From assembly GCA_005191425.1 (NCBI GenBank), contig SUPR01000005.1, positions 1 to 32,000 of the forward strand: a stretch of DNA of 32,000 nt, given 5' to 3'. The translations under genes were made by a program, and so were the position numbers. This DNA is from Candidatus Helarchaeota ASGARD archaeon Hel_GB_B. GTDB taxonomy: Archaea; Asgardarchaeota; Lokiarchaeia; Helarchaeales; HEL-GB-B. The notes beneath the pieces are model-generated. The model saw only the letters and a list, made by a program, of their open reading frames with translations. It did no database searches and was not told the origin of the DNA. Position 1 is the stretch's first letter. Every line of letters starts with the position of its first letter. Positions 17,387 through 27,418 of this stretch are shown here, piece by piece.

Positions 17387-18211
17387 ATGGACAATAAGAA
17401 AATAAATTTAAAGACAAATATAATCGTCTTATTAATATTTATTACTCCGTTAATATTACTTTTTGTTTTATTTTTTCTAGATGATATGCCCCAATTTTTT
17501 GGAGATTTAATTAGGTGCATGTCTACAAGAACTCCATTAATTTTTATTGGTTTACCTAGAATTAATGTATTATTTTTTCTTCCAAAACCATTTCAAATTA
17601 TTCCATTATCTATTCCGCAATTATTAGACCTTATTTTATTCTTTTTTATATTTCATCATATTCAACTTTTAATAGCACCGACAATAAGGCATTATTATTT
17701 AATAAAAGAATATGAATTACCTTTAGATATTGACACATATTTTCTGAATCAAGAAAAAAATGATAATAATTTATCTATAATTGATATTGAAATTAGTCGT
17801 TTTTATAATCTTAAGCGGAATTTTTGGAAAAGTGGGCATTATGGGCATTATGGGCATTATGGGCATTATGGGCATTATGCTATTAAAGAAGGTATTCAGA
17901 ATAGTTTTTTTGTCATAGGATGGCGGAAAATAGTTAATAATAAGAAAACCAAAATTAGTATTAATTTTTTAAATACGAAATTTAAAAATTTCAAATTTTT
18001 TATTAAAAAGAATATAAAAACCTTATTTTCATACAAATTTTTTTTTATTTTCAATAAATTTATTAGATTTTTTATTATTTCATCTAATTTTTACTTAAAT
18101 TCTTTTTTTAAACTTTTAACTAATTTTTCGAGAAAAAAACGATACAAAATAAGGATAAATTGGAAAAAAACAAATCTAAATTTTTTATGGAGGTGTTTAA
18201 ATGGTATTTGA
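17387..18211 (+). CDS. Hypothetical membrane protein with an internal (Gly-His-Tyr)5 repeat
   Basis: 274-codon ORF with hydrophobic N-terminal segments and an F/K/I/N-rich C-terminal tail; overlaps the next start by 11 nt. No family recognised. Confidence 0.6.
   Translation: MDNKKINLKTNIIVLLIFITPLILLFVLFFLDDMPQFFGDLIRCMSTRTPLIFIGLPRINVLFFLPKPFQIIPLSIPQLLDLILFFFIFHHIQLLIAPTIRHYYLIKEYELPLDIDTYFLNQEKNDNNLSIIDIEISRFYNLKRNFWKSGHYGHYGHYGHYGHYAIKEGIQNSFFVIGWRKIVNNKKTKISINFLNTKFKNFKFFIKKNIKTLFSYKFFFIFNKFIRFFIISSNFYLNSFFKLLTNFSRKKRYKIRINWKKTNLNFLWRCLNGI
17834..17878 (+). repeat. Perfect tandem repeat (GGGCATTAT)x5, in frame
   Basis: Five identical 9-bp units read directly from the sequence. Confidence 0.99.
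18189..18195 (+). promoter_or_regulatory. Shine-Dalgarno site GGAGGTG
   Basis: Located 5 nt upstream of the ATG at 18201. Confidence 0.7.
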
Positions 18212-19190
18212 TACAATTCCAATACTTAAAATTGCATTTGAATTAATATTTCCAATAGTATTACTGATATTTCTAATACTTTTAATTGGATTAAGCATAA
18301 TTAATCGGAGAAAAGACCTAAAATTTATGACATTCGATGATTTCTTAAGTGAGTGGTTAATAGACCATGGGCAATCATATAGAGTAGAACAAGCAATGGA
18401 AGAGATGAAAAAAAATCCTGTAGGTGGACTTTATCAACCATTAACTTATAAACTGGGTAAATTATTATCAAGATGGGGTTTTACGGCAAATAAAGTGTCA
18501 ATTATAAATTTAATTTTATCTTTGTTTATCTTATATTTTACTATTATGGCAGGGAATGGCTATAATTTAGATTTATATTCTCAGCAACCATTTTACGGGG
18601 CATTATTATTACCAACAGGTTTACTGGTTCTATTTACTGGGATTCTTGATGGTGTTGACGGGTCAATTGCGCGATTATTAAAAAAGAAAACTAAATGCGG
18701 TGCATGGCTTGATGCAGTAATTGACAGAATTTGTGATACTTTAGTATTAGTCTGTTTATTACCTGGTGGGTTCTTAATACCAATACCAAATTTAAACTTT
18801 GCATGGTTAGTTTGGACGAATGTATTTATTATATTTCTCTATGAATATATGCGAGCTAAACATTATGAAGTGGGACTAAATGTAAGTCAGCCATTTTTAG
18901 GTGAAAGACCTACAAGAGTATTGATCCAGACTACCTTCTTTTTAATATACGGAATTTCGAGTTTTACCGTATTACTGACCTATTTTATTAATCCAACCGC
19001 TACTATCGAAACATCAATCTGGCAGACTTCTCATCCTGGAATCGTTACGTGGTCAATGACTATTTTTCAAGGTGTTCTATTTATAATAATGTCTTATTCA
19101 ATAATTAGAAGTGCTATATGGATTTGGAGAAAATTGAAAAAGATGGACATTGAAAATGGGACAATTAACAACAAAAATGACAGAAATTAA
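18201..19190 (+). CDS. CDP-alcohol phosphatidyltransferase family protein with an N-terminal TM extension
   Basis: Signature DGVDGSIAR-x8-GAWLDAVIDRICD, TAN..S, and multiple TMs. Confidence 0.92.
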   Translation: MVFDTIPILKIAFELIFPIVLLIFLILLIGLSIINRRKDLKFMTFDDFLSEWLIDHGQSYRVEQAMEEMKKNPVGGLYQPLTYKLGKLLSRWGFTANKVSIINLILSLFILYFTIMAGNGYNLDLYSQQPFYGALLLPTGLLVLFTGILDGVDGSIARLLKKKTKCGAWLDAVIDRICDTLVLVCLLPGGFLIPIPNLNFAWLVWTNVFIIFLYEYMRAKHYEVGLNVSQPFLGERPTRVLIQTTFFLIYGISSFTVLLTYFINPTATIETSIWQTSHPGIVTWSMTIFQGVLFIIMSYSIIRSAIWIWRKLKKMDIENGTINNKNDRN

Positions 19191-19223
19191 CTTAGAATTT
19201 GATTATTGGTGAAAAATTAAAAA

Positions 19224-20615
19224 ATGAAAATATCAAAAGTTTTGATTTATGGGACAATAATTGGTATATACTTTGTATTATACCATTTATTTTTTCCTTC
19301 TTGGGTATATTCGCCGATTAAACAAGGAATTAATGGCTTATTTACTGACTTTACAAATAATTGGCCTTTATTGTTTCCTTTTATTGGATTTGTTGCGTTA
19401 GCTGGATTGATTTCTTATTTTGGAATTCATTTTCTCGCTTCATTTGGTAATCTTAATGAATATAAAACTTCATTTACACCAAATATTAGTATTCTTATTC
19501 CTTCAAAAAATGAAAAACCATTATTGGAGAGAACATTAAATTCAATAATTGTTTCTAATTATCCAAAAGACAAAATACAATTAATTCTAATTATTAGCGG
19601 GTCTGAAGACGGCTCTAAAGAATTTTGCAAGGAATTCGCAGATAAAAATAGTAATATTAATATCGCGATATTATCCGACCCAATCAAAAAAAAGGGAAAA
19701 CCTGCTGCCTTAAATTATGGATTAAAATTTGTAAAACATGAAATATGTATTTTTTATGATGCCGGTGTTAGAATAGAAAAAGATACGCTCCAGAGATTAG
19801 TAAATCCACTCTCAGACCCCAAAAATATAGTTACCATTGGCCCAATTATACCGGAAAATTATAAAATAAATAAATGGACAAGGGCACTTCATCTTAGTTA
19901 TGCTATTACTGATGGCGGGTCAATTTTTTTTCATGTAAAAAATAAATTAGGTTCCTCGGCTTATCTTTTTGGTAAAAATTTTTGTATCAGGACTAAAAAT
20001 TTACTTAATTTTAATGGTTTTAATGAAGATGCATTAACTGAGGATTTGTATCTAACCGTCCTTTTGAACATTGATGGAGTTAAAATTAAATTTATATCAA
20101 AAGCTAAAGTTTATGAGTTAGTACCATCAAAATGGCATATAATAAAAAAGCAAAGACAAAGGTGGATAGGGGGTTATGTTGGAGATGTAGATCCGCTTAT
20201 GAAAATGAAAAAAGGAAATAAAAATGGTGCTTCTATTATAATTTCAAGGAATTTAACAATGCTTTTTTTAGGTCATATTGATGCATTTTTCTTTTTTGCA
20301 GTTCCTTTTGCAATTTTATATTGGGTGCTTGGCTTTTATTATATTTTCGGCTGGACTATTACTTTTATGGCGTTTATTTTTGGTTATATTATAAACGCTG
20401 TCCGAAAATATGGTGATAATCATTATATCAATCTTTTATGGATGCCATTAAGTGCATATTTTCATTTATGGGAATTCTCCCTCCAGTTCTCTCTTCCTAG
20501 TGAAATTTCGTGGGAGAGAACACCAATTTTATTAGAAAAAGATCAAGAAGAAATAAAAAATCTATTAGAGTATAAAAAAGATCAAAATCAAGGAGATATA
20601 TATGAAAATTTCTAA
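19224..20615 (+). CDS. Membrane GT2 glycosyltransferase, processive type (PgaC/IcaA/CesA-like topology), paralog 1
   Basis: Two N-terminal TMs; ILIPSKNE, GKPAALN, FYDAG, LTED, QRQRW; C-terminal TMs. Confidence 0.9.
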   Translation: MKISKVLIYGTIIGIYFVLYHLFFPSWVYSPIKQGINGLFTDFTNNWPLLFPFIGFVALAGLISYFGIHFLASFGNLNEYKTSFTPNISILIPSKNEKPLLERTLNSIIVSNYPKDKIQLILIISGSEDGSKEFCKEFADKNSNINIAILSDPIKKKGKPAALNYGLKFVKHEICIFYDAGVRIEKDTLQRLVNPLSDPKNIVTIGPIIPENYKINKWTRALHLSYAITDGGSIFFHVKNKLGSSAYLFGKNFCIRTKNLLNFNGFNEDALTEDLYLTVLLNIDGVKIKFISKAKVYELVPSKWHIIKKQRQRWIGGYVGDVDPLMKMKKGNKNGASIIISRNLTMLFLGHIDAFFFFAVPFAILYWVLGFYYIFGWTITFMAFIFGYIINAVRKYGDNHYINLLWMPLSAYFHLWEFSLQFSLPSEISWERTPILLEKDQEEIKNLLEYKKDQNQGDIYENF

Positions 20616-21969
20616 AGTTATATTTTATGGATCAATAGTAGCAACATATTTTATTGTTTTACACATTTTCTTTCCTCCATGGCTAAATTCTCCTATAAAA
20701 CAAGGAATTGACAGTTTATTTACCAACTTTTCAGCAAATTGGCTTTTAATATTTCCATTCATTGGTCTGGTAGCATTGTGTGGACTTTTAATTTACTATG
20801 GTATACATTTTGTTGCATCTTTTGGAATTAGCTACAAATCTAAAAAGTACTATTACCCATCTATTAGCATAATCATTGCATCAAAAAATGAAAAACCATT
20901 ATTAGCCCGAACTTTGAAATCCATTATGAATACAGAGTATCCAAAAGATAAAATTCAAATTATCACAGTTACAAGTGGGTCTACTGACTCATCTACAGAA
21001 TTCTGCGAAAAATTTGCAAAAGAAAACAAAAATATCGATATGATTGTTCTTTCTAAATCATTATCAAAAAAGGGTAAACCCGCAGCATTAAACTATGGAT
21101 TTGAATTTGTTAAAAACGATATTTGCATTTTTTATGATTCCGGAAATGTTATAACTTCAAAAACTCTTGCTGAATTAGTTGAGCCTTTTCAATATGGGAA
21201 TCATAAGGTTACTATTGGACCTATGATAATAGAAAATTGGAATCAAAATAAATGGACAAGGGCTGCTGCTTTAACATACGTTTTTTCAGCTGGTGGAAAT
21301 ATGTATTTTCACGTAAAAAATAAACTAGGTTCTTCTGCTTATCTTTTCGGTAGAAATTTTGCAATAAAAACTAAATTACTTAAGGACTTAGGTGGTTTTA
21401 ACGAAAATTCATTAACCGAAGACCTTTATTTAACTGTTTTATTAAACCTTGAAGGCGAAAAAATATTATTTGTACCTAAAGCAAGAGCTTACGATTTAAC
21501 TCCAAATAATTGGAACGCTATTAAAAAGCAACGCACTCGATGGGTAGGTGGATATGTTGGTGATGCACCCGACTTAACTAAACTAAAAAAAGGAAATAAA
21601 AATGGACAGTCTATTATTATTTCTAGGAATTTATCAATGTTACTATTACATCATCTTGATGTCTGTCTATTAGTAATTACAGGGTTTGTTGTTTTCTACG
21701 CATTGATCGGCTTTTACTATATGTTTGCTTGGACTTTATCTCTTTTCATTTTTGTTTTTGGATATCTATTCAATGGCATAAGAAAATACGGAGATAAACA
21801 CTATAGTCTATTTCTATGGGCTCCTGTTAGTTCACGCATAACTCTTTTTATGTTTAGTCTACAATTTACATTACCTGCGGCACCTGACATCTCATGGGAA
21901 AAAACTCCAATGATTTTAGAAAAAAGTCAAGAAGAGATAGAATCAATAATTTCAGCCACTATAAATTAA
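20602..21969 (+). CDS. Membrane GT2 glycosyltransferase, processive type, paralog 2 (tandem duplicate)
   Basis: Colinear with paralog 1 from MKISKV onward; IASKNE, GKPAALN, FYDSG, LTED, QRTRW; 14-nt overlap with paralog 1. Confidence 0.9.
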   Translation: MKISKVIFYGSIVATYFIVLHIFFPPWLNSPIKQGIDSLFTNFSANWLLIFPFIGLVALCGLLIYYGIHFVASFGISYKSKKYYYPSISIIIASKNEKPLLARTLKSIMNTEYPKDKIQIITVTSGSTDSSTEFCEKFAKENKNIDMIVLSKSLSKKGKPAALNYGFEFVKNDICIFYDSGNVITSKTLAELVEPFQYGNHKVTIGPMIIENWNQNKWTRAAALTYVFSAGGNMYFHVKNKLGSSAYLFGRNFAIKTKLLKDLGGFNENSLTEDLYLTVLLNLEGEKILFVPKARAYDLTPNNWNAIKKQRTRWVGGYVGDAPDLTKLKKGNKNGQSIIISRNLSMLLLHHLDVCLLVITGFVVFYALIGFYYMFAWTLSLFIFVFGYLFNGIRKYGDKHYSLFLWAPVSSRITLFMFSLQFTLPAAPDISWEKTPMILEKSQEEIESIISATIN

Positions 21970-21981
21970 AAATCTCCCCTA

Positions 21982-21988
21982 TTTTTTT
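21982..21988 (+). terminator. Possible oligo(dT) terminator after the CDP-AP/GT2 operon
   Basis: CCCCTA followed by T7 and further T runs, 12 nt after the stop. Confidence 0.4.
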
Positions 21989-22286
21989 ATTTTTATCTTT
22001 AATATTTCTTAATTCTAAGAGTTAAAACAAATAATAACTAAAAATTATAATTCAATTACTAATAATTCTTTATATTAATTCTTTAACTAAAAGAATAAAG
22101 CATTAAATCAACATATAACTATAACCATGTTAATAGAAACAGTCCAATTGATTATTTAACTCCATATTTTTTTTCATATGAATAAGAAATGGGTTATCTT
22201 TTTATATTTCTATTATATTAAAATTACAGTAAATTTTTCACAAAATTACAAATAATTCTAAAAATTTATAGTCAAAGGTAATCAAA

Positions 22287-23474
22287 TTGACTAATCAAAG
22301 CATATACGAAGATTTTAGGATTCAAATTGAGGGCACTTCAAGAGATTGTAAATTATACCATGATCTGTGTATAAAGGAAGATTATGATATAGACCAAACA
22401 ATTAAGGAATCAAATCTGGACGAAATTCCATATGTAAATTGGAATTATTTTAAAGAATCAAATGGAAAATATCACGATCTTTTAAGAATTCCTTATAATA
22501 ACCTCTCATATTGGACAATAAGCAGTAGTACAACAGGCGACCCTAGCATTGTCGGGAGAGGTGATATTGACATTGAAATTTTTAAGAATAATTACAAGAA
22601 AATTTTTCATGAATACTCTTCTATGGATATTATTAAAAAATTAATTTTATTTGCGCCATCAATCCGATTTATGAATAGAATGCCTGGATCTTGGTATGGA
22701 AAACGTGGATATCTTTTCTATAGAGATATAACTGAAATTTGGAAAAATTATGATATAACTTATCTACTAAAATTTAATTTTCAAAAAGTAATTTTATATT
22801 ATTTATCACATTTTAAAGGTAAAGCCTTTATTGAACTTGATGGAAGTCTTCTTAAAAAAAGCTTAAAAAAAGTAGAGAAGAGCAAGATCCCAACCCTTAT
22901 TGCAAATTCAGCTCCTCTTATGTATAAAAATTTCACAGACTATCTGAAAAAATATAAAAGTGGATTTGATATGGGTGAGAATTTTTATGTACAAACTGGT
23001 GGAGGCGGCTGGAACGGTATAAAAGGACGGGTAAAATTAAGATATGAAATTGATAAAGCAGATTTCTTTGAGAAATTAATGGATTTTTTTAATATTCCCA
23101 TTGAAAATTTTGCTGATTTGTTTGGTGCTACTGAAACACCTATTGCTGCTGGAGGACATTGGAGTAAAAAGTATAATGACATCATACTTCATTTAGATAA
23201 AAATCAAGGGCGAATTATTGCTAGAGATATTGAAACACTTGAAAAAATTAATAAAACAAAAAATCCCGGAGTCCTAGAAGTATTAACTCCATATGGGGTA
23301 AATACATATGCAGGAATTTCAGTTCTATTGGATGATATAATAGAAATAGTCGACTTTAATAGATGTGAGGAATGTGGAAGAGAAGGTATAATTTTTAGAG
23401 TAGTTGGAAAATTAACCCCTGAAATAGGTAAAGGTTGTACTTCATTTTACAATTTATATCCGTTTAAAAAGTAA
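22287..23474 (+). CDS. LuxE-like acyl-protein synthetase (ANL adenylating superfamily)
   Basis: SSSTTGDPS loop, TGGGGW, DLFGATE, VLLDD, and C-terminal GK...EIGKGC with the Cys; TTG start after AGGT-AATCAAA. Confidence 0.78.
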   Translation: MTNQSIYEDFRIQIEGTSRDCKLYHDLCIKEDYDIDQTIKESNLDEIPYVNWNYFKESNGKYHDLLRIPYNNLSYWTISSSTTGDPSIVGRGDIDIEIFKNNYKKIFHEYSSMDIIKKLILFAPSIRFMNRMPGSWYGKRGYLFYRDITEIWKNYDITYLLKFNFQKVILYYLSHFKGKAFIELDGSLLKKSLKKVEKSKIPTLIANSAPLMYKNFTDYLKKYKSGFDMGENFYVQTGGGGWNGIKGRVKLRYEIDKADFFEKLMDFFNIPIENFADLFGATETPIAAGGHWSKKYNDIILHLDKNQGRIIARDIETLEKINKTKNPGVLEVLTPYGVNTYAGISVLLDDIIEIVDFNRCEECGREGIIFRVVGKLTPEIGKGCTSFYNLYPFKK

Positions 23475-23490
23475 AATGGCTCAAATCTTT

Positions 23491-24264
23491 TTATGTAGAA
23501 ATATCTTTCTTAGCCAAATTTGAATATAATTCTTTATTTGTTTGGTATTGATAAACTCGTTCAAGTCCACGTTTAATTGATACCTTTCTTCCGCTCGTCA
23601 AAACATGTATGGATGATAGTGTTTTAACTTTACCAAAACCAGTTTTTTTAATATAATATAATATTGCATCTGTAAAAATTTTATCGATCCCCCATGATTT
23701 TGGAGGATTTTTAAATCCGCCAACTTTAAAAAAAATATTTCTTCTGACAATTATATTACATCCCGCAAGTTCTGGATAACCAAATAAATACCTTATAAAA
23801 TAATAGAGATAACTCCCCCAATTATAAAAAAAAAATGTGGTAATTGTAAACTGTTTGTTTCCTATTTTTATTGAGAATTTGGTCCCATTATTATATTTAA
23901 ATCTTGCACTACATGCAAATAGGTCTTTTTTCTTTTTAAATAAATTGTATATTTTTTCTAAAAATAAAGGCGGTATTATAGTATCAGCGTCCAGAAATAT
24001 AAGAATATCTCCTGATGTTTTCGGAACAACATAATTGACCTGCAAGGCTTTACCTCGTTGGGGTGTAATTATGACTGTTGCAAATTTTTGTGCAATTTTT
24101 ACAGTATTGTCTGTACTTTGACCATCAGCTATAAAGACTTCAAATGGTACATTGCATCTCTGCTTTTTAATTGAATATAAAGTTCTCTTAATATTTGACT
24201 CTTCATTGAAAGTTGGAATTACAATTGAGATTTCTGGTTTTATTTTTAAATTTTGTGAATTCAT
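23491..24264 (-). CDS. Soluble GT2 glycosyltransferase (track start 24309; ATG 24264 more likely)
   Basis: ISIVIPTFNEE, ADGQSTD, FLDADT (intact DxD), G.NI..RR..F..VGGF and TSGRK. Confidence 0.9.
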   Translation of the reverse strand: MNSQNLKIKPEISIVIPTFNEESNIKRTLYSIKKQRCNVPFEVFIADGQSTDNTVKIAQKFATVIITPQRGKALQVNYVVPKTSGDILIFLDADTIIPPLFLEKIYNLFKKKKDLFACSARFKYNNGTKFSIKIGNKQFTITTFFFYNWGSYLYYFIRYLFGYPELAGCNIIVRRNIFFKVGGFKNPPKSWGIDKIFTDAILYYIKKTGFGKVKTLSSIHVLTSGRKVSIKRGLERVYQYQTNKELYSNLAKKDIST

Positions 24265-24378
24265 AAGCAATCGAGAATTCCATTTAATAAAGTAAATAAA
24301 ATACATCAATTTATCAATATTTGTATTTATTTACCAAAATGTTAATTTAATAAATTTTCGAGTTCAGATGGAGTCAAT

Positions 24379-25740
24379 TTGGCATATTATTTAAAAATTG
24401 GTTATAGATATTTAGCTAGAAGAAAAATAAGGAGTATTCTTACTATTTTAGCTGTTTTATTAGGTGTATCGATATTAATGGGTACTCTTGTCGCCAATGA
24501 CTCTGTTAAAGGTACTCTAGAATATCATTTAGCAAAAAAGTTTGGTTATACTGATATAATTTTAATTAACAGTTCAGGTTATTATTCAAACTCAATTAAT
24601 TACAATGAAATAAGAAAAGATTTGGATAATTTAAAATATCTTGGCTTTATTTGGACCTCTCAAATGAAAGAAAGCCGAAATATAGCATTCCAACCTAATA
24701 TTTCTATTAGCAAAAGTTCATGGATACCTATTGTGGGCGTTGATACGCATAATCCATATGATTCAAAATTTGGGTCTATTTCTATAAATTCTTCTATAAA
24801 TTCTAATTTTACTACTTTAAATGACTTATTATTACATCCTCTTTATGTGAATTGCTGTGTAATAAATACAAAAACGGCAAATCAGTATAATGTTTCGGTA
24901 GGTGATATAGTCTACATTTATCCAGAAGTCCCAAGTGGGCCTATTGATTGGCAAAATTCAAGTAGTTGGATACAATTAAAAATTACTGGAATAATTGACG
25001 ATCATGGTAAAGCATTTGATTATATTGTCCCGCCTGTTAATGATATTTGGCAAATTAAAGATATTGACTATGCAATTTATGTAAATATGTCTATTGCACA
25101 TCAATTATTAACAAACAGCGATAATGAACTTAAAGTAAACAACATAGCAATTCATTCAAATTCATTACAAAATATTGATTCAACGCTAACTCAAATAATG
25201 ACCTATCTAAATAATACTATTCCAACTAATTCGTTATATGGTTTTAATTTAAAATCCTTTTTTGCAAGCGAAATTAATAATATTTTTGGTTTGATAATGA
25301 GCGTTTTAATTATTTTTTCAGGAATTTCATTACTAGTTTGTGCTATATTAATAAAAAATATGTTTGAAGTTGCAGTTGAAGAGCAGTTAGAAGAAATTGG
25401 TATAATGAGAGCAATTGGTATTTCAAAATATGGTATCTTTATTATTTATATTACCCAAATTTTATTTATATCATTAATTGGATCTATATTAGGTATTATA
25501 ATAGGTATATTTATGAGTACATCCTTTTTTAATTCAATTCAATATGTTTCTTCTATATTAAATCCTTCATTATTCGAATTACTTGGTAGTAATTTTGAGA
25601 TATTTATTACTATTACTCCTCAAACTTTAATACTCTCTTTTATTTCAGGTACGTTAATCAGTTTGATTTTTGGATTATCACCAGCATATAAAGCAAGTCA
25701 AATACAAATAATTGATGCTCTAAATCCTCGAAAAAGGTGA
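24379..25740 (+). CDS. ABC transporter permease, MacB/FtsX type, half 1
   Basis: R.K.RS.LT...V..GV, a large sequon-rich extracytoplasmic domain, EIGIMRAIG and PAYKAS...IDAL. Confidence 0.92.
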   Translation: MAYYLKIGYRYLARRKIRSILTILAVLLGVSILMGTLVANDSVKGTLEYHLAKKFGYTDIILINSSGYYSNSINYNEIRKDLDNLKYLGFIWTSQMKESRNIAFQPNISISKSSWIPIVGVDTHNPYDSKFGSISINSSINSNFTTLNDLLLHPLYVNCCVINTKTANQYNVSVGDIVYIYPEVPSGPIDWQNSSSWIQLKITGIIDDHGKAFDYIVPPVNDIWQIKDIDYAIYVNMSIAHQLLTNSDNELKVNNIAIHSNSLQNIDSTLTQIMTYLNNTIPTNSLYGFNLKSFFASEINNIFGLIMSVLIIFSGISLLVCAILIKNMFEVAVEEQLEEIGIMRAIGISKYGIFIIYITQILFISLIGSILGIIIGIFMSTSFFNSIQYVSSILNPSLFELLGSNFEIFITITPQTLILSFISGTLISLIFGLSPAYKASQIQIIDALNPRKR

Positions 25741-27414
25741 ATGTATAAGAAAATGAAACGACTATTAAATTATGGATTTGGCATTTTATTGATAACATTC
25801 GGTATAATTCTCACTTTTAATTTCTATTATGACTGGTTTAAAATCGATTTTATGAATGATACTTACATTTTTTTAACTGGAGGGATATTATTAGTAATTA
25901 TTGGTATATATCTAACTTTAGACATATTAAAAAAGATCGGCATTATTTTATTTGGGATATCTTTAATGGTACTTGGATTATTCCAACTAATTCATGGCAT
26001 TCAAAATATAGTGAACATTGCTGATAATTTTTCTAATTATTTAAATATAGCAGAATTATTTATTGGTGGTATTTTTCTATTATTAGGGACTATCTTTTTA
26101 GGATGTTTTTTACTTCCAGTTTTTATTAAAGGACTGGCATTTATATTATCGCCAATACTTACTAAAATGAAAATAATTGTATATAGAAATATAAATCGCA
26201 ATAAAAAAAGATCTCAAAACACATTTACAATGATTGCATTAGGATTAGCATTTATTATTATGATCGGGACGGTACTTGAATCTTTAGATGCTGGCGTTTA
26301 TCCCGGAGCAAAATTAGAACTTGGCGGAGATATACAAATTGGTGAAATATGGAACACACATGTTTTTGGATATTTAAATATGAGCAATGAAATAAAACAA
26401 ATAGACCATGTTAAGGAAGTAATACCTGTCCATGTAGAATGGATTTCTATTAATTATAACAAAAATTTTTCTGAAAGCATCTATTTATTTATAATTAATA
26501 CGACTGAATACGCCAAATTGCATTCTAAAAATACATTATTAACTTTTATTGAGCCAAAAGGTATCTCAATTGATCAATTCATTCATTTATTAGACCAAGA
26601 AAATAGTACAATTATTCAATATGAATTAGCTAAAGAGACCAATATTAAATGTGGAGATAAGGTAAATTTAAGTATAGATTCATTTAATACCGAATTAAAT
26701 GTGGTCGGAATTTTTGGACGGATGCCTGGACTACGATTTACTTTTGTTGATTACTGGGATGCAATGGCTGTAATAATATCTTGGAAAACATTATTCAACT
26801 TAATGGGTATAAATGCCTCAGAATATGATTCATATGCTGGGAGTAGGACAATAGCTTATTGGCTGGGGTTAGATAGTATATATAATGATCAAAAAGTAAT
26901 TTCAATTCTGAAGACTCAAGTATATTCAAAAATAGGCGTAAATTTAGATAGTGATGATATAAAGACTGCTCGATCCAGAGTTGAAGAATATGGCGGTATA
27001 ATAAAAGTAATAAATGGTACTTTAACAAACATTTTACTATTTTCTTTATTAATTTCATTAATTGGATTAGCTATTACCATGTTTATGAATGTCCATCAAC
27101 GTAAAAGAGAAATTGGAATTTTAAGAAGCATAGGAATTAGTAAAAATGAAATTATAAAAATGATTTTCTCTGAATGTTTTATAATAAGCTTTTATGGTTT
27201 ATTATTTGGTACGTTAACAGGAATTTTCGTTGGCTTTATTATGATAAATTATTTTCCATTTATTTATTTTTTACCTGCAATATTTACCATCGATTATAAT
27301 TTAATTGTCTTGACAATTTTTTTGGTATTTGTATTTACAGTAATATCTTCTTTAATACCTGCCTATTTGTCTAATAGAATAAGTATTATTGATGCAATTA
27401 GATCAAAAAGATGA
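25741..27414 (+). CDS. ABC transporter permease, MacB/FtsX type, half 2 with extra N-terminal TMs
   Basis: RN..RNKKRS..T, RKREIGILRSIG and PAY..NRISIIDAIR; same frame as half 1, separated by one TGA. Confidence 0.92.
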   Translation: MYKKMKRLLNYGFGILLITFGIILTFNFYYDWFKIDFMNDTYIFLTGGILLVIIGIYLTLDILKKIGIILFGISLMVLGLFQLIHGIQNIVNIADNFSNYLNIAELFIGGIFLLLGTIFLGCFLLPVFIKGLAFILSPILTKMKIIVYRNINRNKKRSQNTFTMIALGLAFIIMIGTVLESLDAGVYPGAKLELGGDIQIGEIWNTHVFGYLNMSNEIKQIDHVKEVIPVHVEWISINYNKNFSESIYLFIINTTEYAKLHSKNTLLTFIEPKGISIDQFIHLLDQENSTIIQYELAKETNIKCGDKVNLSIDSFNTELNVVGIFGRMPGLRFTFVDYWDAMAVIISWKTLFNLMGINASEYDSYAGSRTIAYWLGLDSIYNDQKVISILKTQVYSKIGVNLDSDDIKTARSRVEEYGGIIKVINGTLTNILLFSLLISLIGLAITMFMNVHQRKREIGILRSIGISKNEIIKMIFSECFIISFYGLLFGTLTGIFVGFIMINYFPFIYFLPAIFTIDYNLIVLTIFLVFVFTVISSLIPAYLSNRISIIDAIRSKR

Positions 27415-27418
27415 TAAT

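Noticed and set aside
17834-17878. CRISPR array interpretation of the tandem repeat
   Set aside because: The units are 9 bp with no spacers, and there are no cas genes.
22287-23474. Bioluminescence (lux) operon
   Set aside because: No luxA/B, luxC or luxD is present; the LuxE-like fold alone is insufficient.
24780-24804. 12-bp duplication (SINSSINS) in permease half 1
   Set aside because: Too short and AT-rich to be distinguished from background slippage.
25738-25740. Selenocysteine decoding of the in-frame TGA
   Set aside because: The position is a basic linker with no redox role, no SECIS-like hairpin was seen, there is only a 12-nt gap after the operon, and TGA ends other genes in the window.
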